From positions 2,592,001 to 2,656,000 of the forward strand of contig CAXXHB010000003.1 in NCBI GenBank assembly GCA_963664815.2: a stretch of DNA of 64,000 nucleotides, given 5' to 3'. A model generated the notes under the pieces. That model was not told the DNA's origin. It did not search any database and saw nothing but the letters and a program-made list of their open reading frames with translations. This document shows positions 51,963 to 61,545 of this stretch, one piece after another. The stretch comes from Spirochaetota bacterium (GTDB lineage: Bacteria > Spirochaetota > UBA4802 > UBA5550). Positions within the stretch are counted from its first letter, which is position 1. Every line of letters starts with the position of its first letter. The translations under genes were made by a program, and so were the position numbers.

Positions 51963-52041
51963 AGGCCTGGAGAGATACACCAAAACATTTTAAAATCATG
52001 TATTGACAAAAGGGCTCACCTTATAAATACTGATCAAAATG

Positions 52042-52209
52042 TCATTGTAATTTTTTAAGAAGTGCTTCCAACATTACCTGCTGATCCTTTAAAAAATTCT
52101 TATATTCATTTACCCTGCAATGATGAATTTCAATAGGAATTTCCGCCAGCTTTTTCTCAATCATTGAAATCGCAAAAGTACGTTCATTATCATTAATCTC
52201 CAATTTCAT
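52042..52209 (-). CDS. Small hypothetical protein (55 aa), not in the ORF track
   Basis: MKLEINDNERTFAISMIEKKLAEIPIEIHHCRVNEYKNFLKDQQVMLEALLKKLQ with a strong AGGAGG RBS. Confidence 0.7.
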   Translation of the reverse strand: MKLEINDNERTFAISMIEKKLAEIPIEIHHCRVNEYKNFLKDQQVMLEALLKKLQ

Positions 52210-52446
52210 ATTCCCCTCCTGAACAATTCAGCTTACAAAGTATATATAGTATATACCTCTTTCAGGGTTTAGTCAAAAAAAATGACTGATTTTAAAATAT
52301 TTTTCAACTATTTCTTTGTTATGATTTCATAAACCCAATAGGTGTTGATAGCTAACTCAGGCACCTGATATATGTATTATAAAAAATCTTGTTGATTATT
52401 GCACAACAGATGATATTATAGTACTCTTATATGTAAATTAATCAGA

Positions 52447-53076
52447 GTGGAGGCACAGTTGGATCAGTTTTTGTATACATCCCTGGACTGTACACTTGCA
52501 CTTATTGCACTTATTAATCCTATCAGTAAAATTTTTCTTATTACAACTTTAAAAGAAAACACTGATGAAGCCGGACTTAAGCATATCATTATCAGATCAT
52601 CAATCATTGCACTATTGATTCTTCTTATTTTTACCTTTATCGGAAGTTTCCTTTTAACCAGATTTTTCCACATACAGATATACTCTTTTAAAATTGCCGG
52701 AGGAATTGTATTGGTATTCAGAGGTTTTGAAGCGCTTAACAAAGGACTTTTTTTTGAATTAAACCACAAGCAGAAACTGGAAGATCTCTCTATTGTACCC
52801 CTGGCTTCACCGATGATTGCAGGCCCAGCTACCATAACTGCCGCTGTATCTTTCCCTGCAAAGTACGGGCTTTTTATTACAGCACTTTCAATAACTGCTG
52901 CAGTTACGGTTAATCTTCTGATAATGATAGTATCTCCGAGAATAACCGGTTTATTGACAAAGCATAACATACTTGGAGCCCTTATCCGTATAACGGGACT
53001 CATTGTTGCAACAATTGGAGTACAGATGATTCTTGACGGTTTTGGAGAATATCTTCAACTGGTTTTTAAATTCTGA
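52447..53076 (+). CDS. MarC family membrane protein
   Basis: INP, FKIAGGIVL and IVPLASPMIAGPATI motifs. Confidence 0.93.
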   Translation: MEAQLDQFLYTSLDCTLALIALINPISKIFLITTLKENTDEAGLKHIIIRSSIIALLILLIFTFIGSFLLTRFFHIQIYSFKIAGGIVLVFRGFEALNKGLFFELNHKQKLEDLSIVPLASPMIAGPATITAAVSFPAKYGLFITALSITAAVTVNLLIMIVSPRITGLLTKHNILGALIRITGLIVATIGVQMILDGFGEYLQLVFKF

Positions 53077-53777
53077 TGATACCATGTGCAATAATCGATC
53101 CGAGGATTCCGGAAGAGTGCATCAAAAATCTTAAAAACTCCGGTTTTCTTACAATTACAGTTCCATTAACTGAACTTGTCGATACTCCTCTCTCCGGCCA
53201 TCCTGATATTCAGATGTTCATTCATGATAGAAATATTTTTGTACACCCCGACATAGATATTTCATTTCTGAAAAAAATTGAAGGTTACGTCAACATAATC
53301 GTTTGTTCAAAAAAATTAAAGAAAACATACCCGGAAGATGTCAGCTACAATATTGTATGTACCGGAAATACTGCATTTCACAGAAAAAAATCAACCGCCC
53401 CTGAAATTCTAGACTATCTTCACCGGAACAAAATTGATATTATCAATACAAACCAGGGTTACAGTAAATGCTCAACACTTATAATTGATGAAAACAGTAT
53501 CATAACTGCAGATAAATCAATTCATTCATCTGCGATAAACAACAGTTTGAATTCATTACTGATTGGAGAAGGATATATTGAACTCCCAGGTTATAAATAC
53601 GGATTTATAGGGGGCGCTTCAGGAAAGTTCAATGATACGATTTATCTTACGGGTACAATTAAGCATCACCCTTATGAGAATAAAATTGAGCAGTTGATCA
53701 GATCAAAAGGGATGAACTTAAAATTTCTTTCCAGCCGGAGACTCTTCGACTCAGGATCAATACTTTTTATCAATTGA
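53076..53777 (+). CDS. DUF6873-like (pentein/GME fold) protein
   Basis: SGHPDIQ, YPEDVSYN, QGYSKCS and LPGYKYGFIGGASG motifs; TGATG coupling with marC. Confidence 0.75.
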   Translation: MIPCAIIDPRIPEECIKNLKNSGFLTITVPLTELVDTPLSGHPDIQMFIHDRNIFVHPDIDISFLKKIEGYVNIIVCSKKLKKTYPEDVSYNIVCTGNTAFHRKKSTAPEILDYLHRNKIDIINTNQGYSKCSTLIIDENSIITADKSIHSSAINNSLNSLLIGEGYIELPGYKYGFIGGASGKFNDTIYLTGTIKHHPYENKIEQLIRSKGMNLKFLSSRRLFDSGSILFIN

Positions 53778-54425
53778 ACAGTTATCTTCAAAGACTTTAG
53801 CGTTTTTCATCTCTTCAGCTATATTCCGGTTTTTACATCCGAAACTTTCAATTGATAAAAGTCCAAGTCCGTATTCTATCCCACGACCTATCCCGTAATT
53901 AAGTGCTTTCCTGAACTTCATTTCATCAGTAATTTTTAATGATCCTTCAAATAAAACTGAAAGAAACTTTTTCTTTTTTTCAGCACATGTAATATATCCG
54001 TCACCGTTAACCTTAATATCAATTACCTCAAATCCATTCAGTTTTCCTTCAATTTCAAACCATTTTATCCAGCTCTCACTTGTTTCGAGATCAGAGTATA
54101 TAAAAAACAGTTTCACAGATGGATTTGCCTTAATATAATATTTATAAATCATCCCGTTTCTGATTGGTATATCATATTTAAAACTTTCAATTTTTGCTAT
54201 GTAACCAACTGGAATATTATTACTCGATAATTCAGGTTTTTTTTCAGAAACGAGTACAACAGGTTGAATATATTCTGTCTGATCTAAAGGTATATTGTCT
54301 ATACGGAAAACAAGTGCTCCTTCACCAGAAATTTTTCTTAATGTTTTATAAAAATAATTCAGACTGCTTAAATCATGAATCACTGCGGGGATTTTTACAT
54401 CAATATAAACCTTGGATATATACAT
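53757..54425 (-). CDS. cas6e: Orphan Cas6e/Cse3/CasE-like RAMP protein
   Basis: MYISKV start with AGAGGT RBS; LVFRID, LVSEKKP, IKANP, W...GF, VLFEGSLKITD and G-rich loop GIGRGIEYGLGLLSI. Confidence 0.8.
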   Translation of the reverse strand: MYISKVYIDVKIPAVIHDLSSLNYFYKTLRKISGEGALVFRIDNIPLDQTEYIQPVVLVSEKKPELSSNNIPVGYIAKIESFKYDIPIRNGMIYKYYIKANPSVKLFFIYSDLETSESWIKWFEIEGKLNGFEVIDIKVNGDGYITCAEKKKKFLSVLFEGSLKITDEMKFRKALNYGIGRGIEYGLGLLSIESFGCKNRNIAEEMKNAKVFEDNCSIDKKY

Positions 54426-54567
54426 GACTCTTACCTCTTTTAACATTTTAAACAGCATCCATAATTTAAAAAATTTATTAAAATTCAATCAGGAAAGCTT
54501 TATTATATATCAATAAGATGCAATTAAAATTCTTTTTTCTTTTTTTAATATAGTTAAAAAAATTAAT

Positions 54568-54627
54568 CAGATAAATTTAAACTAAATTTTCAGCTTGATT
54601 TTATTTTATACAGTTTAAATTTATCTG
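54568..54627. promoter_or_regulatory. 16-bp perfect inverted repeat in the cas6e/ykgJ divergent promoter region
   Basis: cagataaatttaaact-N28-agtttaaatttatctg. Confidence 0.45.
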
Positions 54628-54655
54628 CAAAACAGAAATAAAACCGGGATGCAAC

Positions 54656-54901
54656 ATGAATTGCAAACAGTGCGGGGCCTGCTGCATTGCTCCATCGATT
54701 TCATCAATAATACCTGGCACGGGGAAAAATAAACCTGCAGGGACAAGGTGTATCCATCTGTCAGAAGAGATGAAATGCTCAATTTACGATGAAAGACCTG
54801 CTGTATGCAGTAATTTTACACCGACTGAGGAATTCTGCGGTAATAATTATTCTGAAGCATTTACCAATCTAGAACTACTAGAATTTCTCACTTCCAATTA
54901 A
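54656..54901 (+). CDS. YkgJ family cysteine-cluster protein
   Basis: CKQCGACC...KPAGTRCIHL...CSIYDERPAVC. Confidence 0.92.
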   Translation: MNCKQCGACCIAPSISSIIPGTGKNKPAGTRCIHLSEEMKCSIYDERPAVCSNFTPTEEFCGNNYSEAFTNLELLEFLTSN

Positions 54902-55125
54902 CTAATGAAATTAATTTCATAAAAATTTCTTGATTTAATAAGCATATCTGACGTTTTAATTCTTCATTACATTCTGCATGATTTAAATGTCTGTAAGTGT
55001 AACAATTCCTGAATAAATTATGCTTTGCATTTAAACATATATTGCAGTAAATTTGTTTCCGATCAGCTTTAACGGACTTTATATTGAATTATTGTTACCA
55101 TCAAAAAAACAAAAAGGATACAAAC

Positions 55126-56421
55126 ATGATTGATAGATATTCAAGAAAAGAAATGTCAGATATATGGGAACTTCAGAATAAATTCAGAATATGGCTTGAT
55201 ATAGAGATTGCAGTGTGTGAGGTTTATGCTGAAAGGGGAATGATCCCGTATGAAGATCTTGCGGTAATAAAAGAAAAGGCCTCTTTCACTGTGGAACGTA
55301 TTCTTGAGATTGAGAATGAAGTTCATCATGATGTCATCGCATTTCTTACTGCAGTTGCGGAAAATGTAGGCCCGGAAAGCCGTCATATACATTTCGGACT
55401 GACATCAAGTGATGTAGTAGATACTGCCCTTTCTATGCAGATGATGCAGGCCGGGAAAGTTCTCCTGTCAGGACTTGACATTTTAATTGATATATTACGT
55501 GAAAATTCTCTTAGATATAAAGATACCCGCTGCATAGGCCGATCTCACGGAGTACATGCAGAACCTACCACTTTCGGCGTAAAGATGGCTCTTTACTACG
55601 AATCATTTAAAAGAAGCAGGGAAAGAATAAAACGCGCGATAGAGAACATTTCTTTCGGGAAACTCTCAGGTGCTGTAGGAACTTTCAGTAATGTATCTCC
55701 GGAGATTGAAGCTGAAGTATGCGGCAGGCTTGGCCTTAGTCCTGATCCGGTTTCAACACAGGTAATACAGCGAGACCGGCATGCAGAGTATATGGCATCT
55801 CTTGCTATCATGGCAGGCACAATGGATCAGCTTTCAACAGAGATTCGGCATCTTCAGAGAACGGAAGTCCGTGAAATAGAGGAACCATTCCAGAAGGGAC
55901 AGAAAGGCTCCTCTGCAATGCCGCATAAAAGAAATCCGATACTTTCAGAGCGGGTAACCGGGCTTTCACGTGTTATTAAATCAAATATAAATGTGGCGCT
56001 TGAAAATATTACTTTATGGCACGAGAGAGATATTTCACATTCTTCTGCGGAGAGAGTTATATTCCCTGATTCTACAATAGCGCTTGATTACCTTGTTCAC
56101 CGTATGATCTTCATACTAAAGAATCTCCATGTATATCCTGAAAACATGCTAGAAAACATAGATAAAACCGGCGGCTTATTCTATTCACAATCTCTCCTTC
56201 TCCTTCTCATAGAAAAAGGTTTTACCAGGGAGGAAGCTTATAAAATCGTCCAGGACATGACAATGAGAGTCTGGAAGAGAGAAGGAACTCTTAAAGAGCT
56301 GACATTAAAATCACCGGATTTAAGGGATAAAGTAAATAATGATGAAATCGATAAGCTCTTTGATATAAACCGCTATTACAAAAATATTGACGCTATTTAC
56401 AAAAAGGCCGGCATTTTGTAA
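55126..56421 (+). CDS. purB: Adenylosuccinate lyase
   Basis: MIDRYS start with AAGGA RBS; HDVIAF, GRSHGVHAEP and GSSAMPHKRNP motifs. Confidence 0.96.
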   Translation: MIDRYSRKEMSDIWELQNKFRIWLDIEIAVCEVYAERGMIPYEDLAVIKEKASFTVERILEIENEVHHDVIAFLTAVAENVGPESRHIHFGLTSSDVVDTALSMQMMQAGKVLLSGLDILIDILRENSLRYKDTRCIGRSHGVHAEPTTFGVKMALYYESFKRSRERIKRAIENISFGKLSGAVGTFSNVSPEIEAEVCGRLGLSPDPVSTQVIQRDRHAEYMASLAIMAGTMDQLSTEIRHLQRTEVREIEEPFQKGQKGSSAMPHKRNPILSERVTGLSRVIKSNINVALENITLWHERDISHSSAERVIFPDSTIALDYLVHRMIFILKNLHVYPENMLENIDKTGGLFYSQSLLLLLIEKGFTREEAYKIVQDMTMRVWKREGTLKELTLKSPDLRDKVNNDEIDKLFDINRYYKNIDAIYKKAGIL

Positions 56422-57744
56422 ATGAAAAAAACATTTCGCATAGAAACATTCGGATGCCAGATGAACATTGGTGACTCTGAATTAATCCGTCTTTCTATGA
56501 AAAATAAAGGATTTTTAGAAGCTGATAATCCAAACGATGCAGACATCTATATATACAATACATGTTCAGTGAGAGATAATGCCGAAAAACGCGCTCTGGC
56601 AAGATTATCCACGGCAAAAGGAATAGGCACACAAAAAAAAAGAATTATCGTAGTTGCCGGCTGCATGGCTCAGCGACTTGGTGATGAGCTTATAAAAAAA
56701 AAGATAGCTAATATAGTAATCGGACCATACCAATCTCCCAGATTAGGTGAGATACTCGTCGAATTTCTGCACAATAAAAAAAACGGCCTCTTTATCTCTC
56801 AGGATGTCATAAACTTTTCCGGACGACTTATTCCCGAACTCGTTGAGAACAGGGAAATCGAACCATGGCATAAATGGATAACCATTACTCATGGTTGTGA
56901 AAACTATTGTTCTTATTGCATTGTGCCTTATGTAAGGGGTAAACTCATATCATTCCCATCTGAAAGAATTATACGATTTGTTGAAGAACTGGCCGAGTCC
57001 GGTGTAATAGAAATCACTCTTCTTGGACAGAATGTCAACCAATACGGGCACGACTCAGGAGACATTTCCTTTTATAAACTCCTTGAAAAGGTATCGTTAA
57101 TAAAAGGATTAGAAAAAATAAATTTTATGACATCTCATCCGATGGACTTTAATGAGAATATAGTAAATGTAATAAGCAACAGTTCAAATATTTCACGAGG
57201 CATTCACCTCCCGCTCCAGAGTGGTTCGGATCGGATACTGCAAGCAATGAACAGGAAGTACAGCAAAGCTCACTACTATTCGATAATAGAAAAGATTGAT
57301 AAAATTATTCCTGATTATGCCATATCCACAGATCTTATAACTGGGTTTCCCGGAGAAACAGAAGAAGAGTTTAATGAAACTTTATCAGCAGTAAAAGATA
57401 TTAAATTTGATGAGGCATTCATGTTCTCTTACTCCCCAAGAATGGATACCCCCTCATATTTCTTAAAAGAAACAATAACTGAAGAGGTAAAAGCATCAAG
57501 GCTGCATGAATTAATTTCTATTCAAAGAGAAATTTCTCTTGAAAAACTGAAAAAGAGGATAAAAAATAGAGAAAGAGTTATTGCCGATAAGGTAAGTAAA
57601 AAATCCGGATCTGAAGTTGCAGGTAAAACTTTTTTAAATCATCCCGTTGTCTTCAACGGAAATATTAACGATATCGGCAGGGAATTGTTTGTTGAAATCA
57701 TTGAAATCAGAGGATCGACTCTCTTTGGCAGAAAAATTAATTAA
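56422..57744 (+). CDS. miaB: tRNA-2-methylthio-N6-dimethylallyladenosine synthase
   Basis: TFGCQMN, NTCSVR, GCMAQ, radical SAM CENYCSYC and a TRAM-like C-terminus. Confidence 0.93.
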   Translation: MKKTFRIETFGCQMNIGDSELIRLSMKNKGFLEADNPNDADIYIYNTCSVRDNAEKRALARLSTAKGIGTQKKRIIVVAGCMAQRLGDELIKKKIANIVIGPYQSPRLGEILVEFLHNKKNGLFISQDVINFSGRLIPELVENREIEPWHKWITITHGCENYCSYCIVPYVRGKLISFPSERIIRFVEELAESGVIEITLLGQNVNQYGHDSGDISFYKLLEKVSLIKGLEKINFMTSHPMDFNENIVNVISNSSNISRGIHLPLQSGSDRILQAMNRKYSKAHYYSIIEKIDKIIPDYAISTDLITGFPGETEEEFNETLSAVKDIKFDEAFMFSYSPRMDTPSYFLKETITEEVKASRLHELISIQREISLEKLKKRIKNRERVIADKVSKKSGSEVAGKTFLNHPVVFNGNINDIGRELFVEIIEIRGSTLFGRKIN

Positions 57745-58861
57745 ATTTTCGGGTCTTATCTTTTTCATTTTACTGCTATCCGCACCTCTGTATCCGGATA
57801 CAAATCCGGCAGAAATTTCATTCAAGGCCCTGAAGAAGTCATTCTCCATCAAAGATAAAAACGATTTCGAAAAAGAAGGTTTACAATTCATTAAAAAATA
57901 TCCCGACAGCAACCGTGTATCGGAAGTTAAACTTCTTCTTGCTGATAAAGAAACAGATACCGATCTTGCCATTGAAAAGTACAGGTTTATTTTTAAAAAT
58001 TACAGAAATTTCCCGGGAAAAGAATACGCTCTCTACAAAATATGTCAGATACTCGATTTAAAATCAAAATGGAAAGAGCTTCGAAAGGAATCTGAAAATG
58101 GATTAATACTTTTCCCGGCTGGAAATTATTTCGATGATTTCCATTTTATGCATATAACATCATGTATAATGCTTGAAGATTACGATACAGCAAGAAATGA
58201 GTGTATTGACATAACCGAGCATACGCATGATTTTGAGACTCTCTCAAATGCGATTTTTCTGCTTGCCGAGACAGAAAGAAAAAGAAGCGGCAATTCAAAA
58301 CCCTATATATTCAATCTCAAAGAACTCTCCGAAGGATTCGAAAAATCAGAACTCTATCCTTCTGTCATATTTCGTCTCGCTGTTTTTTATGAAGAAAAAA
58401 AAGATTTCAACCGGGCATTCTCTGCTTATAGTGATATAATAAAAAACTTTCCTGACTCTCCAGAATCCTCAATGTCAGAAGAAAAAATAAACATGCTTAA
58501 AAAAATGAATCCCCAAAAAATAAGCTACATACCGGATAACATTACAGTTAAAGACACTGACGATCTTGACCTGTCACCTGAACATGAGATAAAAGAAACT
58601 ACAAATGAAAATTATTATTCAGTATCAATTGGACCTTTTTCAAAGCTAAAAGATACAGCAGGTATTATAAAATATCTTAAAAATTATAACATACGGAAAG
58701 TCAAAACAGCATACGGATATATTATCTACATCGGCAGATACAATGACAGCGATACAGCTCTTGAAACCAGGATCAGGCTTGCTGAAGAATACGGCATAAA
58801 CGGTAATATTGTCCGATTTTCCGTGCATGAAAAAAAAAGCTATATTTACGAGGATAGATAA
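57725..58861 (+). CDS. Exported TPR protein with C-terminal SPOR-like domain
   Basis: ORF 57647..58861, with TTG at 57725 the likely start before a signal peptide; KYPDS/NFPDS TPR motifs; YSVSIGPF...IYIGRY. Confidence 0.75.
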   Translation: MAEKLIKFSGLIFFILLLSAPLYPDTNPAEISFKALKKSFSIKDKNDFEKEGLQFIKKYPDSNRVSEVKLLLADKETDTDLAIEKYRFIFKNYRNFPGKEYALYKICQILDLKSKWKELRKESENGLILFPAGNYFDDFHFMHITSCIMLEDYDTARNECIDITEHTHDFETLSNAIFLLAETERKRSGNSKPYIFNLKELSEGFEKSELYPSVIFRLAVFYEEKKDFNRAFSAYSDIIKNFPDSPESSMSEEKINMLKKMNPQKISYIPDNITVKDTDDLDLSPEHEIKETTNENYYSVSIGPFSKLKDTAGIIKYLKNYNIRKVKTAYGYIIYIGRYNDSDTALETRIRLAEEYGINGNIVRFSVHEKKSYIYEDR

Positions 58862-61441
58862 ATGGACGAAAAGCTGACTCCTATGATGAAGCAGTACAGC
58901 GACATAAAAAGAAAATACCATGAAGAGATTCTCTTTTTCCGCATGGGTGATTTTTACGAAATGTTTTTCGATGATGCCAAAATCGCTTCCCGAATACTTG
59001 ATATTGCCCTCACTTCACGGCAAAACGATGTACCAATGTGCGGCATCCCATATCATGCTGCGGAAAGTTACATAGCCCGTCTTATTAAAGCCGGAAAACG
59101 GGTTGCAGTTTGTGAACAGCTTGAAGCTGTCCCATCTTCAGGTACCATAGTAAAGCGCGATGTTGTCAGAATTATCACTCCCGGTACAGTAATAGAAGCC
59201 AACCTGCTTGGAAGCGATGACAACAATTTTCTGTGTTCAATATATATTACAAAAAAAGAGATGGGAATGTCATTTATTGATGTCTCAACAGGCGATTTCT
59301 ATTATCTGACCTCTGATAAAAATATTGAGCTGTTCCGCGGAGAATTTGCAAAATTCAGTCCCCGTGAGGTAATAATATATGCGCAGTCTTATGAAACGGA
59401 TAGTATCTTTACTGAATTTATAAAAAGCAGAAATATTCCGGTGCATACCCTTAATGAGTGGAATTACGAAAAAGAGTTCATGTGCGATATTATTTGCCAG
59501 ACTCTTCAGACTCATAACCTGAATGGATTGGGTATTGAATCCGACATCGAAATAATCACCACGGGCTCCATTCTTCAATATCTCCGTGACACTCATAAAA
59601 CTGTTTTTGGTCATCTTAAGAATCCGATGAAGCTGGCATCGAGAGATACCATGATGCTTGATGAAGCGACAATATCCAATCTTGAAATAGTTGAAAATCA
59701 GCAGGACGGTTCAAGAAACAGAACTCTTTTCGCTGTCCTTAACAATACAAAAACCCCCATGGGAAGAAGAACTCTGGAAAGAAATCTTCTTCAACCCCTT
59801 GTAGAAAAGAACAAAATTGATGATCGGCTTGAACTTGTAGATTTTTTTTACCAGAGAGCCGACCTGATTGGTGATATTACTGCTTTGCTTAAAGAAATTC
59901 TCGACATGGAGCGTATCCTTTCAAGATTTACAATTGGGAAAATTCAACCAAGAAATTTTATTGCAATGAAACAATCCGTTATTGCCGCCATGGATATTAA
60001 AAAAATAATACATGAATGCACTATAGACAATCCCATGCTCACTCAATTGTATGATGGTTTCTCCGATATAATAGAACTTGCTAAAACTATAGAAACAATT
60101 ATTGATAATGACCCAGCTCTTTCACCCGAACATGGTCGTGTTATAAAACAGGGTTACCTGCCTGAACTTGATAGTCTCTATGAACTTAAATCTGATGCAA
60201 AAACCTGGATACTTAAATTCCAGGAGGATGAAAAAACAAGACTTGGAATCAATACGCTAAGAGTGAAATATAACAAAATTCTCGGATACTATATCGAAAT
60301 CAGTAAAGGTCAGGCGGATAAAGCTCCGAAAGAATATTTCAGGAAACAGACACTTGTCGGAGCAGAAAGATATACTACCGAAGAACTCCAGAAGTTCGAG
60401 TCTGATATTCTCGGTGCCGCAGATAAAATCATAGACATTGAAAAACGTGAAATCGAAAATCTCCGTATTAAAATAATTGAAAAAAGCCGCGAGATACAGG
60501 AAACTGCATCCTCTGTTGGATATCTTGACTTTATCTGCTCTTTATCAACTGCTGCAATACTTAACAGATTCGTAAAACCTTCAATAAACACGAATAACTA
60601 TATTTCCATAAAAAACGGAAGACACCCTGTAGTTGAGAAATACTATACCAAGGAAGTATTCATACCAAATGATATATTACTTGATCAAGACAAAAATATA
60701 ATTAATATTATAACCGGACCAAACATGTCCGGAAAATCAACATACATAAGAATGTGCGCGATCTTACAGCTCATGACACAGGCTGGTTCTTTCCTCCCTG
60801 TTGAGAGTGCCGATCTTTCAATCGCTGACAGAATTTTCACCAGGATAGGTGCATCTGATAACATTTCCAGAGGTGAGTCTACATTTCTTGTTGAAATGAA
60901 CGAAACAGCTAACATCCTTAATAATGCCACAGAAAAAAGTCTTATAATTATGGATGAAGTCGGCAGAGGTACCAGCACATATGATGGTCTTTCTATCGCA
61001 TGGGGAGTTGTTGAATATATTCTCCGCTATATAAAAGCAAAGACCCTCTTCGCAACACACTACCATGAACTAACACAGCTTGGGAATAAAGATGGGATCG
61101 AAAATTACAATGTACTTGTAAAAGAAACCATGAACAGCGTTGAATTCCTCCACAAAGTTGTATCCGGAAGCGCGGATAAATCATATGGAATTCATGTTGC
61201 AAAACTCGCCGGTTTACCAAAAAATATTATTTCCCGTGCCACTAAAATACTTGAAAAACTTGAAAGTAAAGGTATTGATAAGATCAGGTTATCGGCCGAT
61301 GAATTCTCTTCTGATCAACTTGAGATTTTCAACGCATCTAATCACATTATTGTACAGACTCTGGAGAAGATAGATATTGATAATATTACACCGGTTGAAG
61401 CAATCAATGAGCTTCATAAATTAAAAAAATTGATAGACTGA
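58862..61441 (+). CDS. mutS: DNA mismatch repair protein MutS
   Basis: TPMMKQY, FRMGDFYEMF, GPNMSGKST, DEVGRGT and ATHYHEL motifs. Confidence 0.97.
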   Translation: MDEKLTPMMKQYSDIKRKYHEEILFFRMGDFYEMFFDDAKIASRILDIALTSRQNDVPMCGIPYHAAESYIARLIKAGKRVAVCEQLEAVPSSGTIVKRDVVRIITPGTVIEANLLGSDDNNFLCSIYITKKEMGMSFIDVSTGDFYYLTSDKNIELFRGEFAKFSPREVIIYAQSYETDSIFTEFIKSRNIPVHTLNEWNYEKEFMCDIICQTLQTHNLNGLGIESDIEIITTGSILQYLRDTHKTVFGHLKNPMKLASRDTMMLDEATISNLEIVENQQDGSRNRTLFAVLNNTKTPMGRRTLERNLLQPLVEKNKIDDRLELVDFFYQRADLIGDITALLKEILDMERILSRFTIGKIQPRNFIAMKQSVIAAMDIKKIIHECTIDNPMLTQLYDGFSDIIELAKTIETIIDNDPALSPEHGRVIKQGYLPELDSLYELKSDAKTWILKFQEDEKTRLGINTLRVKYNKILGYYIEISKGQADKAPKEYFRKQTLVGAERYTTEELQKFESDILGAADKIIDIEKREIENLRIKIIEKSREIQETASSVGYLDFICSLSTAAILNRFVKPSINTNNYISIKNGRHPVVEKYYTKEVFIPNDILLDQDKNIINIITGPNMSGKSTYIRMCAILQLMTQAGSFLPVESADLSIADRIFTRIGASDNISRGESTFLVEMNETANILNNATEKSLIIMDEVGRGTSTYDGLSIAWGVVEYILRYIKAKTLFATHYHELTQLGNKDGIENYNVLVKETMNSVEFLHKVVSGSADKSYGIHVAKLAGLPKNIISRATKILEKLESKGIDKIRLSADEFSSDQLEIFNASNHIIVQTLEKIDIDNITPVEAINELHKLKKLID

Positions 61442-61545
61442 AAGGATGTAATGATTTATACTTAAACAAATTTTCATCTAAAATTATTAAAAAATATCCG
61501 AAATTAGTTAATATAAGAGTATCATTTATCCGTTAACGAGGAATA

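Larger units (their letters stand above)
50740..52023 (+). mobile_element. IS3-family insertion sequence, ~1284 bp
   Basis: IRL TATAGTGAGCCC..., IRR (reverse complement) TAAGGTGAGCCC...; flanking 3-bp TAA direct repeat (50737-39 and 52024-26); orfA/orfB in 0/-1 frames. Confidence 0.92.

Noticed and set aside
52210-55125. CRISPR array or mini-array near the cas6e-like gene
   Set aside because: No direct repeats with regular spacers in the flanking intergenic regions; only an inverted repeat was found.
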